Below the pieces are notes generated by a model. That model had not been told where the DNA came from. It made no database searches and was given only the letters and a program-made list of their open reading frames with translations. This document shows positions 23,267 through 36,974 of a stretch of 64,000 nucleotides of DNA, piece after piece (within the stretch, counting starts at the first letter, position 1; each line of letters begins with the position of its first letter). The DNA comes from Takakia lepidozioides. Lineage: Eukaryota; Plantae; Bryophyta. The position numbers and the translations under genes were made by a program. The DNA is taken from positions 40,796,001-40,860,000 of the forward strand of contig CM060731.1 of assembly GCA_030704615.1 (NCBI GenBank). The letters run 5' to 3'.

Positions 23267-25585
23267 GTCCAAAAGGTGTAACATTGAGAGTTGTGGTAGC
23301 ATATTGACACTAAACTAACTGGATACCACCATTGTTAATCACCAGTGTGATGGTGCCCTGATTACACCACTACCAGCATTAAGCATACCAGCAAGAGAAG
23401 GAGACATGGAAGTACTTGCTTCCTTACTGAACACTAACATCTGCAAATAAAATTTCATTTCTAGCTGGTTTCAAGCTATGTACTACGAAGTGCGCAGTAC
23501 GGTGCAATGTTGACATCATACACCAACTGATGTCTAAACACAAACAAATGTACAAAATGTCCATGTTGTACCTGGGCATCCCCTTGAGTGAAGTGAAAGG
23601 CTCTAGGCCCATCTTCTATGCCTGGGGCGAAGCTCAATCCAACAGCTGCAGGACATGTCCTCACCACTTCCTCAGCCAATTCTGTTACTTGGGGAGGGAG
23701 AGTGACACTGAGACGTCAAAAATCAACATAGGTTTGTCAGTATGATAAATATTCCCTGTCAGTTGGTCAGAGGCAGTTTGGAGGAGACTAATTGTTCTTT
23801 TAAATTGCCGATCAGCTATGATTTTCGTGCTTTCAAGATAATCTGCTGGGAACCTGCCATTATTAACCAACAAACACTCAATCATAATGCATTTGTCTAT
23901 GCAGTGAACAGTACTAGTGACAAAGTACTTGACAGACCTGGAAGGGTCTCTCCTTTGTGTGGGGGAATAGCTAGCAAGCCATGGAGGAGGTTGAAAACAG
24001 ACATCTAAGTTTATCTCCTCCAGACCACAATTGTGTCCATAGCAAATAGTGTGAGATGAAATGATGAATACTATAGAAAATAAGATGAAAACTCCTAGTG
24101 ATGTCGTGCTTAAGCAATCCTTGTCTGGGAGATTCACTCGTCCCACAAGATACCTGGTCATGACTTCAACTGCAACTTAGCCTACAACTTACCCATAATG
24201 CTTGTACTGATAACAATCCACTTAGATGTATTAAGTGTTCAGTCACCGGTTGCCATTGATGTCATAGAATGCATGACGTTGATAAAGACAGCCAAAAGAA
24301 AGAATGACACATTTATGATTGTCACAAGATCTCATGCCACATAAAGCAATAATTAAACTGACATAACTCTTGGCTTCAGAAGAGATTAGAAGAAGAAAGG
24401 AAGGGAAAAAATTAAGTCCACAAAGGCCCCAGAAGACTTATGTCACATAGTAAGAACTATATCATGGTTTTGTTTGTGATTAGTTAGAAATAGTACAGAC
24501 CTCACCCACTCTCCATCTCAGGTTCTAGAGCTATGGCGGCGAGAGAGGCCTCGGAAGGCTGGACTAGAAGAAGACGAGTCTTCCTGCACATTATGTGGAG
24601 ATAAGCTCTCTACATCCCAAGTGAGGTTGTCACCTCACCTTTAGCAATGGTGCCATTGGCTTGACTTATAAACGTGATAGAGTGGGTTCACCTCTTTTCA
24701 CCATTTTTGTATCACTAGAAGAAGACCTGCTTACATCTATGAGTGCAAGATGCTAGCGTAGTTAGCACTTATGTGTGGAAGAGAGCTCGGTAGATAGCAC
24801 TTGAGGGACAAGGTGTTGCAGGGTTGCAAGAGAAAGCCTTGTGGTGTTTATGTACAAGTAGAGGTCTTCAAGGAGAGCCCCATTGAAAAGTTTGAGAACT
24901 TGTGAAGAAGCTCTCGTTCTGCAAGTGTTGCAGGGTTTGAGGATTTCAAGAAGAGCTCGGGTGTTAAAGAAGCAAGCGATGCATGTGTGGAGCATGGTTT
25001 CAGCTTGTGGGAGTCGTCAACTTCAAGCTTAGGAGAGCTAGGAGTGGAGGTAGAGATCTGATTTCTCTTTGGTACAAGATAGTCAATTTGTAGAGCATGC
25101 TTTTGAGGTGGGGTTTTCAATTCCAAACTTAGGAAGAGCATGTCTATGAAAGTAGCAAGTGCATGGCCAGATTAGGAGTTTTAAGGGATGCACTATGGCC
25201 ATGGAAAGAAGCACTATGAGTACATGCGATGGCTAGAAGAGGGTATGTCATAGAAAGCTCAATAGCGTGTTTTATGTTTGCTTCAAGGAGTTCCATGGAG
25301 AAAGAGAGCTTGTTGTGAGACAAATAGCTTGCTCAGGGAGTTAGGGGCACTCTTGGTGGTCCATTGATGCTCAAGAAACCAAGAACAGCACCTCTGGTTG
25401 CTCCATAGAAGCCATAGCTCGTTGTAGCAGTCGAAGAGGCAAAGCAACGCAAACCCTAGTTTGGGAACGCGTGAGAACGTTTGGGAACCCCTTGGGAACT
25501 CAAGGGAACGCTTGGGAACGCATAGGAACATTGCCCCAGGGTTGGGAGCACCACCATTGAGCCATCGGATTAACTATTGAGCCTA

Positions 25586-25960
25586 TGGATGAAAATTGGC
25601 GCTCTTGGATGAGAATCGGACTCGGTGAATGAAATCTCCACCAGTGGATGAAATCTTGGTATCGGATGAAATATCGCACCAGTGGATGAAAATATACCAG
25701 CGGATGAAATCTCGTCAGCAGATGAACTATCGCACTATCGGATGAAATATCGCGGCGACAGATGAAAAAGCATCGGCGGATGAAATCGTGGCAGCGGATG
25801 AAATATCGCACCATTGGATGAAAAATTGTGGCGACGGATGAAATATCACGCCCATGGATGAAATATCACATCAACGGATGAACTAGCGTGGCGGATGAAC
25901 TATCGGACCTATGGATGAAGATCGCGATTTTGGATGAAATTCAGTCATTTATGGATGAAA
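25586..25960. repeat. Tandem minisatellite, GGATGAAA core every ~20-22 bp
   Basis: More than 15 units of ggatgaaatatcgc-like sequence with variable tails. Confidence 0.85.
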
Positions 25961-25989
25961 AATCGACTGACTTTGGATATTTGTGGAGC

Positions 25990-26700
25990 ATTTGGGGGCC
26001 TATTGAAGGACTATTGGGGGTCTTTTCAGCCAATACTGTGGAGCCTTCTTGGGGCCTGCTTTGAGGACTATTGAGGTCTATTGAGGCCAATATCTAGGAG
26101 ATATTGGGGTGGGGCCTGCTTTGAGGATTATTGAGGTCTATTGAGGCCAATATCTAGGAGATATTGGGGCCTGCTTTGAGGACTATTGAGGTCTATTGAG
26201 GCCAATATCTAGGAGATATTGGGGCCTGCTTTGAGGACTATTGAGGTCTATTGAGGCCAATATCTAACAGGTATTGGGTCCTGTTTTGAGGACTATTTGA
26301 GGTCTATTAAGGCCAATATCTAGCAGGTAGTGGGGCCTGTTTTAAGGACTATTGGAGGTCTATTGAGGCTAATATCTAGCAGGTATTGGGGCCTGTTTGA
26401 AGGACTATTTGGGGTCCTTTGAGGCCAATGTTTTGCAGGCCTGTGGAGCCTTGTGAGGGCTGTTTGGAGGACGATTGAAGGTCATTGGAGGCCAATATTT
26501 GGCAGACTTGTGGAGCTGTTTAAGAGCTCTTTGGGGGACTATTGGAGGTCCTTGGAGGCCAATACTTGTCAGATTTGTGGAGCTTCTTAAGGGCTGTTTG
26601 GAGGACTATTGGAGGTCATTGGAGATCATATTGGGCAGGCCTCTGCGGGCATTGTGAGGGCTAGTTGGAGGCTGGTTGAAGACCTTGGAGGCCACTATTT
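25990..26700. repeat. Tandem ~55-bp repeat with internal 10-bp subunits
   Basis: Unit ggggcctgctttgaggactattgaggtctattgaggccaatatctaggagatatt. Near-identical copies at 26051-26280, degenerating to the right. Confidence 0.9.
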
Positions 26701-27049
26701 GGCGGGCGTTTAGGGTTTTTCGGTGGACTGTTTGGAGTACAAGTTTGCGGACTTCTTGAGCCTCGGTGGATCTATGTGAGGGGCTGATTGAGGGCAGATT
26801 TCAGAAGTTCAGGGCAATAATTTGAGGGCTCTTGAGAGGTATTTGAGAAGTCCTTTAAGGATAGTCTTATCTATTGCTCAAGCAAGAGTGAGCGTGAAGA
26901 TAGGGGGAGTTATGGGATGAGAGCATTCTGGGCTTAGAGATTGCTTTAGCTTCCATTCTCCATAGTCTTCCACCATCTTTGTAGGCCAAAGCTTTTTCAT
27001 AAGCGGAGGCAGAGCTAGTTTGGATAGAGACTTGGCCATCTTGCAGGTT

Positions 27050-28190
27050 TATTGGAGCCGCAAGGAGGTCGATTGATTTGAGGTGTGGGAGGTGTTGTTG
27101 TTTGAGTTTCCTGTGTTTGGATCCTCCTCCCATATATGCATGCTTGCATGTGCGCCATGCTAGTTTGATTTGGGCGCTTGCTTTTATAGGTGGTTGTGCC
27201 GGAAATATTGTGGCCGACCAACCCTAGAGCGTGCTGTCGGTGGTGAGGCTGGGGTGATGACCAGCAGACCATCATTGTTTCTCTTATGGTGAGGCTGGGT
27301 TGATGACCAGCAAACCACAGGAGTGCATGCGGTGGATGCAGGTACATGTGCAAGTTCATATTATGAACCTAGTATTCCAAACCATAAGCTGCAACAGGTT
27401 TTCTACCCGGTTACCTTGTGGAAATGGGGATTAGAGACAGGTTGATAGCCGGTTTAAGTGAGTTTCCATCAATGAGGTGCCACCAGTTGCTGAGGAGAGT
27501 GCCGGTACGAGCACCAACGATACAAGTGGGTACACAAGGCGAGGTGTACGGTTTAGGCCACCTTCACCTTCAGTGTTTTTTGAGGAAGGTTCAGACTCGG
27601 AGTCAGGAGGATTCTCACCGAGGGTGCAAGCTATTTCCGTGCCATTGTTGTGAGATACGATGGATGAAATGTATGGAGCTACTAAGGGGCCACGTCGGTA
27701 CTCTGGAACTGTGGGCACCATCCAGCTTAATGATTTCATACATGAGTTTGATAGTTGGTGTGATTTGCAGCAGATGCGCAATCCACAACTGTTTACGCCT
27801 TTTATGGCGTAGAAGGGGCTGTTTCAGCACCTTGAGGGGCCGCCTATGGATGACTATCATTAAGTTTAGGCGGGGACATGAGGTGGAGATTGAGAAATGA
27901 CGACAATATTGGTCACCTGACTATGTCTCCATCACTAGAGGCACAAGGGTAGCGGCGACACTAGCAGCTTCACCAACATCCCCAATTGTAAGCACTAGTA
28001 GTGGGACAAGTGGTACAGGAGCTGGGAAATCCACTCAAGCTCCTGCTGTAGCATTAGCACCCGTGCCTGCCTTTAACCCAGTTGTGGAGTTCTTCGAGGA
28101 GTTGAGGAGAAACTACCAAGGGATAAGAATAGAGAAGTTGCGGAGCTTGCAAGAGTTCCAACGGAAGCCTACTGAGAGTTAGAGGGAGGC
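27050..28190 (+). mobile_element. Second, truncated copy of the DNMT-Gypsy family (leader + gag 5' part)
   Basis: 27110-27345 aligns to 11910-12140, and 27520-28190 aligns to gag at 12320-13000 (FDSWCDLQQMRNPQLFTPFMA; FNPVVEFFEELRRNYQG). Cut at 28191. Confidence 0.85.
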
Positions 28191-28640
28191 TGTCAAGTTA
28201 AATAAACACAGTGTGAAACTAACTAGAATAAATCTAGTTCTTTGTATTTAACACTTGGAATTAGTTCAAGTGTTAAGTCAGGTGTCAAGTTTAGCTTGAC
28301 ACCTGAACCATCTTATCTTCACGAGCTCGTCAATCGTGCGGCTCATCTCTCTCGAGTTGAGCCTGCACGACCGAGCTCCCTCGTTGCTTAACATCTGAGT
28401 GTACTTATGGAGGGAGAGTAGGATGTTGTGGGGTGGAATAGCTTGGGATACCCCTGGTTTGACTCTTATTTTAACGAGTAATTGTGTTGTACTTCGTGTT
28501 TCTATGTCATCAGACAGTGTGATATGAACTAGATTAATATCACTCGAGAGAGATGATCTCTTACCTGTGAGTGCAAGGTAGGAGTTGAAGGTTAGCACTT
28601 CTATGATTACTTGTGTGTAAGTAGTGCTTAGTTTGAAAAG
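28191..28640. repeat. Hairpin-rich LTR-like repeat, copy 2
   Basis: TGTCA start and three consecutive stem-loops (28221-28239, 28248-28276, 28278-28306). Followed by a poly-A run at about 28645-28663. Confidence 0.7.
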
Positions 28641-29192
28641 CTTTAAAAAAAAAAAAAAAAAAAACCATGTAGGTTTTGATCATCTCTGGTTTCTGGGTAT
28701 ACAGATGGTCATGGGAAACAGAGCGATGGGAGGAGGGCTCCTGGTTTTGGTTGATGGTGACAGTATGAACTCAAACTCATTTTGAATATATGTATGGTGT
28801 GCGAGTAGTGAAGGCCAAATGAGAAGCGGTTGTCGTGCTTATGGGTCAGCTTGGCAAGGACGCCGAGAGGATGGCCATGAGAGGATGCAGGTCTACCATG
28901 CCACATCGCACTGTGAGCTGGCGGATAAACACGGTAATGGCATGGGCATAGGCAAGACAAGACAAGTTTCCATTTTGATATGAGCAGTTGCTTGCAAAGT
29001 CTCGTATTGTATCAGTTCGTATTACAAGAGAAGATGACACGGCAAAGTAGGAGTGTTGATGGCCACAAGCAGCTACCACAGTCTTTTTTCCCGACATACC
29101 TGATCAGTCCCATAGTTGGATTTGGTGTATGCTAAAATATCTATCCGTCGATATTGGGAATAGTGACCAAGTGGTGAGCTGTTAGCTTTGCC

Positions 29193-29285
29193 ATGGTTAA
29201 GGATGGGAAGATCAAGTCTAGTCTGGAGCAGATATACCTCTTCTCGCTGCCCATCAATGAGCACCAAATTGTGGACTTCATGGGA
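29193..29285 (+). pseudogene. RPS2: Fragment of 40S ribosomal protein S2 (uS5)
   Basis: Translates [31 protein letters not shown], matching eukaryotic uS5 [28 protein letters not shown]. No flanking coding sequence. Confidence 0.8.
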
Positions 29286-32200
29286 GCTGCCGAAGTCATT
29301 GATAAAAAATAAATAAATTGTATACATAGATTTATATGCCAATGCAGAAGCAAACCAGGCCGTGGCAGCATTCTGGAGTTGGTCGATTAGTGAAGCGGCT
29401 GGCTGCAGCCGCCCAGCAGTCTACGTGGCATTTTCTTGGTCTTGGGGGAATAGTTTAAGAGATTCCCACCAGCTTGGCAAACTCCTTGGAGGTTATTCCT
29501 GTCGATACAGAATAGTATTTTGAAATGGAGATGGCACGGATACTATTTCTGCTGCAACTCAGTTTGCTCTAAGATGACATTGTAGCTTGCTAGGGTTATG
29601 CAAGCTTGTGTATGAGAGCATGGGCAGGTTCTCAGTTACGCAGGTGGGCCGTTTAACAAGGCGGCAACCAACCAACAGCTTATTGCACCCCCTTGGTTCC
29701 CGCAAGAAAACAAAGTTCTATGCAACGTTGCGATTTTTGGTACTGATCAGTGGATAAATCGCTTTTAGAAGAAGCGTTGATAAGACATAAATGGGGGGAA
29801 GAGGTTACTTATGTGCCAGGATTTGCCAACTATGTTTTGGACAACCCCAGCCTGCACATGAAGGCCTATGATGCTTCAGGCATTGATGATGAAGAACTGG
29901 CTGATGATGCTGTGGTGCCTTGACCACATCCTCAAGACCAATCACACTTCAAATATAAAATTACCCAAAGACATTTGAAAACTTCAGGATGTACCTCCCA
30001 TTCAGCAGAGAAGTGTTGGAAGCCCCTTCTTAGTCATATGGGTGGACAGACCTGTTGCATATAAGTTGTTTCCCAGGTTGAGAGCATCCTCCCTTGATCC
30101 ACTATCCCTGTTTCCAACACACCAAACACACAGTTTCAGTCTGCTGCACCCAGCTGCTATGCCCTACCCAGCAGAAACTCCACAAACCACCAACCCATTA
30201 ACCAAAGTTCCTCCATAGAAATATGACAATTTCCAATTCCAAATGTGCATCTCATATCTTGTGAATTCTCCAGCAAAAGATAGTCTCGATCAATCCATTT
30301 CATTTTCCTGATCTATATCTGTGCAGATACACCAATTCACCATCCCCAAGGCGCACATCCCGAGGACGGTCACGGTCATGCATTGGTGCCTTTCACATCT
30401 CTGCGCTCTAGTGCTTCCATATGTTTTAGTTAATTCTGTTGTGCTCATGTAACCCTCTGTGGTATGGATGGCCTCGTCACAGTGACCTCAGTGTGGTTGG
30501 GAACGCAGTGCACATATATAAAATTATTCTAGAACTCGTCCAACCATAGTCCATAAGAAAATGTGTTTATGGATTTTTTGCATTCACTATAGAATACAAG
30601 ATGGGACTCATAGTAGTATTGCTCTACTCTTAAAGATAACAAAGTCCTATAGAAAACATCAAATTTTTTTTAGTATTTATATATTATTGTGAGCCTCCAA
30701 AAACTGATTTTTTATAAAGTATATGAATGCATAAAAACAAAGACAATAAAACAATGGCCCGACTTGCGTTACTAAAAATGTACATTTTTTTCTTTTTCTT
30801 TTTTTTTCTTCATGTAAAGGAACAACATGAGGGCCACTATGCGATATAATGAAAATATGGAAAATAGGCTTCAAGTTGATATGACGTCACATGACATGTG
30901 GCATCATCTTTACCATTCAACTTCCTTATTCTCTCTGTGATGATACGATCTACACCGTCGCTTTTGCAATACCATGATTGGGTTTGAACGTTGATAACGT
31001 TGAATGTTGCCAATCACGTCCCTCAATCGCGCATACTTGCATCAATCTGTGTGTTCGCGGCTTCTGAAATACTATGAGTTGTGAAATACACTGCATTCTG
31101 AGTTCAAGCATTCTGGAATTTCTTGCCATCACGGCCTTGTGCGAGCATATCACCTCATCGGTGAAACGTGCAGCCTCCGATACTACGTTTGAAAGCTACC
31201 ATTTTCTGTGTTGTGAGTTTGAATACATGTTGCTCGATATGAACGTACCCCTTCGTGTGCAATGTCCAGCCTCACTGATGATGGTCTACCCTGTTTGTTT
31301 GATAAGCTGAGATAAGAATATTGAAGCTAACTATTCTAGACAATCTTCTCTTTTTTTGTCAAAAAACTTATTCATTAGTTCATGTCATGTCAGCCAATGA
31401 TTCGTTTTACTTTTTCTATTTCCAGCTTTGTAGATTGTGCTTTTCTCTCCATCTATACTGATATGTGTACATATGATATTAGGTAAATATTTCAGTCAAA
31501 AATTATATACATATACACGGGAGACATCCACCTATTCAATACATTTTCAACTAGTATTAGAATCCAAATGTATTGAGATATGATTTAAAGAGATTATTTT
31601 ATTTGTTATGAGTTATAGAATATGCTAACATATTAACATATACTAGGAACATATATATAATGTGAGACATCCACACTAGCCTATGCTATTCGTGCAGGAC
31701 CCTGCCGGACTAATTAAATTTTCTTAAAGAAGGGGTCCGGCAGGTTTTTTTTTAATTTCTGAAGTTCCGGCATTTTCATGATAAATAATGAAAAAGAACA
31801 TTTATTACATCTTGTGGCTAGTGCAGCGGTATTGCAAGTGGATTTGGCAGGGCCGGTCTGGGGGTCGAATTTCTGACATTCGTCTTGGGAGGGCTTCATT
31901 TTAAATTTTTCCGGCAGTCTGTTTTTGCATTTAATTTTCATCGGACAACATAGGTAGGTACGGTATTCAACTTATCTTAAACAAGTTTTAAAATCTGAAA
32001 GTATTAGAGATATGACCTAGATAGACTCATTATTTTATTTGTTAGGAAATAATATAAGTTATAAAAAAATATTAACACATATTTTCCTTCACCTATATAA
32101 AATAATTAATTAAGTTCTAAAATCCCAAGTAGAGATATGACTTAGATAGATATGAAATAACATAAGTTATATAAGTTTATTAACATATAAATATAGTAAT

Positions 32201-32299
32201 ATAAACTATTATATATAGAGGATAAGAGATGTAAAATATTCATGTAACGGTAATATAAAATAGTCCTGCGAATAAACTTTCAATTAACTTAGCCTGAAC

Positions 32300-33120
32300 T
32301 GGGGGTCAGTCATCATCTTCTGTCATGCCCCTGCCAAAGTCTGGCCCTTAGTAAAGGCCTCATATCGCCAGTAGAACCCAAGAACTCTTTCTACTACTGA
32401 CCTACTCCTCAACTATGAGCCAGTCACCAAGCACAGTCTCTGAGCTGTCCAGTATTTGAAATCCTCTGCGGTTCAACTTTGTGGCACCTATGGAAGGCAC
32501 GATGTAAAAAAATCGTTTCTGGAGACACTTCCTCCATGTCTTCTCTCCTCTCGAATGTATTTTATGATCTTGGTACTGAGTCGCGAAAGAGTGGGCCAAA
32601 ACATATGCAGACATCAAGCGGAATCCGAGGATTGCATCAACCATCCCGTGCACCCTTCCAGAACACCTGGGGCAATCAAGGCCTCATCTGCAACAGCTCC
32701 TGCAGGACCTATGTGCCTGGACTGAGCTCCCACCCCCATGTTGGCGAGATCACAGTGCCACCTCCACTCTCGTCCTCCGAGTTCGAGCTTGAAATACCTC
32801 AAGCCTTCCACGAAAGCGGCCTAATTACAGATAGTGTAGTTCTGCTTATAGAAAGGTCAATGGCACAAGTTACAACCATTGCGAAGTCTTTGCCAACTCT
32901 CCTCATTGGAAACTAGGCTGTTAATGGCCTGCTACGTCTAGTGGGCCAGTCCTGGGTACTTCAATGTTGTCTTGGTTTTCGAGATAGTGTCTCGAGTTAG
33001 TGTTTCTATCGCAGTGTCTCCCTCTCTGGGCAGTATGGTTCCTTCATTCACTGATTCAGGTGTGTGTGCCTTATGGTGTAACAGGGGTTTTAATTTTTTC
33101 CCCAAATAATTCTAAATAAA
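32300..33120 (+). mobile_element. Probable 3' fragment of a LINE
   Basis: LWHLWKARCKKIV resembles the WxIWKxRN motif at the C-terminus of plant LINE ORF2. An A/T-rich tail lies near 33105-33120. Confidence 0.45.
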
Positions 33121-33836
33121 ATTCTCATCAGGGCCACTGTCCCCTGTGCCGACCCCTAGAATCGGATGCAATTCTTCACTATAATCTGATTTTATCCTTA
33201 ACCCCACCAGAGCCAAACAGGAATCTCATGGACACATCCTGGATGAGTGCCAAGATTGTCCACTACAGACTTACAATCAGTACTCCAGGACCTTACAGGC
33301 CAGTGCAAAGGGGCCAGACACAAATGGTCTAGGAGGTGACTTACAGCTGAGAATTTTGCTAGGCAGTAAATTTGTCAAAGGTAGAATCATCGACTCACGG
33401 ATTTTTCCAAGTTTCACCTCAGTCCATGAAAGATGCGGACAGACGTCCATCAAAGAATCAAATGGAATATCTGAGTTTGCTTGTAATAATACTCAGCCAA
33501 GCTTCTGGTTTTCTTCTGTTTAGCTTCCCCTCCCCCTAGTAAACTAACTCGGCTACCATTTCACAAAGCTATTGCCAATGCCATGGAGTGTACTCGAACC
33601 TTCTCTATGTTCATGCATTGTCTGTGGCATCTAATGGGAGTCGACTGAAGTTCCTGTGTCTGGCTGAATGTTTGATGTTGCATTTGGCTTCAAACAAGCA
33701 AGCAGAAGTGCAATCTAACCCTGTTGCACGAGCATGCCGTTGCAGGGAGTGCATGAATGCCGACAAACATTGAAAGCAGCCATCTCCTGAGACACCCGTA
33801 TAGCAGACAAATTTTAAAAAATGTCTTCGTAAGTTC

Positions 33837-36800
33837 TCATTCTTCAGCTCGTTGTTGAAGGGAACGAACAACTTGCAATGTCTGCTGCGCAATCCAAAGC
33901 TCCTCATTTGTTGGGATTACCAAAACCTTCACTCTGGAACCTTCCTTGTGAATCTCGCTTGCATCTGCACTCTTACCTTCCACATTCTTGGCTTCATCCA
34001 CTTCAATTCCAAAGCCCTCCAGGCCCTCACAGATGCGCGCACGCGTCCGTCCAGATGCCTCTCCAATTCCAGCACTGAAAATCAAAGCATCCACCTGCCC
34101 CCTTAGCTCAACCAAATATGCTCCCAAGTACGTACGTATTCGATGGACAAATACATCCAGTGCCAATTGGTGTCTCTTGCTGCCTGCTTCAACTCCGTCC
34201 CACACCGCCCTCATGTCCTTCTCACCACAAATCCCATAATAACCACTCTCTTTATTTAGCAAAGTCGTGATTTCATCAATGCTTAAGCCCTTTAGAGATG
34301 CCAAGATCTGGATGACTGATGGATCTACGTCTCCGCTTCGTGTTGCCATGGCAAGCCCCTGAAGAGGGGTCAACCCCATGCTTGTGTCTATGCATTTTCC
34401 CTGCTTGATGGCCGCCATACTCGCTCCTGCCCCAAGATGGAAGGCAATGAGATTGAGTTTATCTTGGGGTTTGCCAAGGATGTCTGCTGCCCGGTGCAGA
34501 AGGAAGTCGTAGCTCGTCCCATGGAATCCATACCGCCGAAGCCCAAGTTCCTCATAAAATCTGTAGGGGAGAGCATATGTGTAAGCATGGGGGGGCAGTG
34601 TTGAGTGAAACCCAGTGTCAAAGACAGCAACTTGTGGACAACGAAAAAGCTCTTGTGCAACTCTGATGCCCTGCAACAATGAAGCATTTTATTAGCTATC
34701 CTGCCATTACATTGAACGTCTCACTCAAAGTGTTCACCTTCTGGGTCTCCTAATTATGCAGTGCATCCAATTCCCTAATAGCCTTACGATAAGAATCACC
34801 CTATCAACGGGGAAGAGGGGTAAGTTGACTGGGGAAGGCTCTGCTCAGGTACCAGGAAGCGTGAACACCTGGGAAAGGACTTTCTCCAGTAAATTCTGAA
34901 AGATGGATCCTGCCGTGTTCTTACCCCTTTGGCTAATCAGTTCAGATTGGTCAACAAGTATCCAGGTGAAGTGCTTCTTCTGCTACCTGTCCCTGTTGTC
35001 TCTGACTCTGATCATGGGCAGGTATTGAAACAAGAAGGGGTTCTCAAGAATGGTTGATGCATCGTGGGAAAGAGGTGAGTTCGTAGCATGGCTGATATCT
35101 TTGGCAGACAGTTGAAGCATACACCATTAGTATATCTAGTCAATATTATGTCACCACAAATGGCACAAAGCATAGCCCTAGCCCAGATGTTTGCAACCCA
35201 CCTGAAGGTTTGATGGGTTGTGAAGAGGAGCGAGAGGTGCTGCCTTCTCAATAGCTTGCTTCACACTCTCTGTGATGAGTGTGGGCTGTGTCAAAGCTTC
35301 TCCTCCATGCACCACACGATGCCCTACAGCAGCAATCCCACCGTTGTGACCCTCACCCAAGTGAAGCTTCTCCAGCACTTTCGTGAGTCCCACCTTGTGA
35401 TCTGACACATCTGTTTTCTGCATAGGTCCATTGCCATTTCTTTGATGAATTTGGAATACTCTGCTTTTACAAGTAGAGTGGCAAGGTTCCTTCAGAAAAT
35501 TTGCCTCAGCCATATAAGTGCGGGGGACAAGATGTGGATTGTTGATGCTAATAATCCATCACCTGGCCTCCACATCATGATGCCACAAACTACAATGAAG
35601 GAAACTTATGAAGACACCTGGCTCTGTTCAACTCTTTAGACTGCCCAATCAGTGCATAACAAAAGCTACTCCAATTGTGTTATGTGCTTATTTTCGGCCC
35701 AACGTGGTCACTGGAAATAGGTAATCCATACACACACTTTGGGCGACTTGCTGGAACCACTAAGCTCTGGGAGGTCTTCTATCACCTTGTGACAAAGGAA
35801 GATCCTAATCTGAAGCTGGTCCTTTCCCTTCCAGTGAAATTCAGTCAAATTTAAGAGAGGGCCGACAGTGCAATAGTAATACATACACGGGAGAAGCCAG
35901 CTAACATGAACTCAAGGCTGCAAAAATTAAAGAGATTGCTTGCGAACCTGTAGTTCGACATCACGGGAAGCCTGAATGTCTTTGTGAGAGATGAAGCTCT
36001 TAGGGGTCCCAATACCATCTACGGAGCCTTTAGAAATGAGTGTCGGTGTCGTCTTGGCTAGATTAAATAACGCGTATCTGCGAGAGTCAGATGCGTCTGG
36101 TTAGATGGGACCAGGATGGACTCTCGATGGATGGAGTGAAGCATTTGCTACTTCTTCCTTCGTACCGCACCTCACACTACCCTTTGTCCATTTTCAAATA
36201 GAAAAGGTGTGTACTACAAGTTCTTGGTCCAAAACTCGAGCTTTCGAACACACAAAGGGCACCTGTGATCGGCAATTGAGAGAGACCTTGCAACCATCCT
36301 CAAGAGGGTGGAATCTCACGGATCGCCCAGAAAAATTCTTGCCATGTTCACCCCTGGTGATGGCGACACTTACAAAGTGTTGACAAAAACAAAACCTTGA
36401 CTGCTCAGAGCTTTGAAAACAACATGGAAAGAAGGGTCAGCGGAGACCCAAGGCAATCCATTTCAGAGAAGCCACAAGCTGCTAAAGTACTACCATTTCC
36501 CCAAATTCTGGCCGATATAGCCACCCAAGGGACAGCATATGCAGCTCCCAACAATATCATCGCAGAGCCATAGGACTTCACTTAAAAACTGTTCCTGCTG
36601 CGCAACCCGATATCATGAAAGATACATGTTGGCCTCAAACCCATCGGAGGGGCACTTCATAGAGGATCGCCAGTCAATTACCAGGGGAAAATTTGGGCTG
36701 TCACAAGGTATAGGTCTTTCAACAATTAGCCATTCTAGGAACAACACAGATCTTCACGCATCTGTCTTGCACATTACAGATTTAGAGGGCCATCGATGCC

Positions 36801-36974
36801 GATCCACGTACAAGGCTGCGACGCACGCATACATGTCAAAGAGCTCTTGTAAGGGAGACCTGCAATTCAAAAGTTCAATCATGCCCACTGTTGAAAAAAC
36901 GATTCTAGGGGGGATGAAGCGATGTACTTGAGGGAGGAGCTGCCAGAGTTGAGCACCAGAACAGATCGCGCCAT
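33837..36974 (-). CDS. ackA: Acetate kinase, 4 exons (36928-36974, 35948-36077, 35202-35417, 33837-34670), 408 aa
   Basis: GT-AG introns with compatible phases give MARSVLVLNSGSSSLK|YALF...DGIG...|...GHRVVHGG...APLHNPSNLQ|G...AVFDTGFH...YGFHG...HLGAGAS...TRSGD...FSAGIGE...PTNEE. The acetokinase catalytic motifs are present and 1227 nt stay in frame. Confidence 0.93.

Noticed and set aside
23400-24160. Several short ORFs
   Set aside because: No recognisable homology; left unassigned.
25586-25960. CRISPR-like repeat/spacer appearance of the GGATGAAA array
   Set aside because: Core is only ~8-14 bp, the spacers are related to each other, there are no cas genes and the context is eukaryotic.
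33837-36974. Bacterial contamination as the source of the acetate kinase
   Set aside because: Three phase-compatible GT-AG introns, and the gene is embedded among plant transposons.
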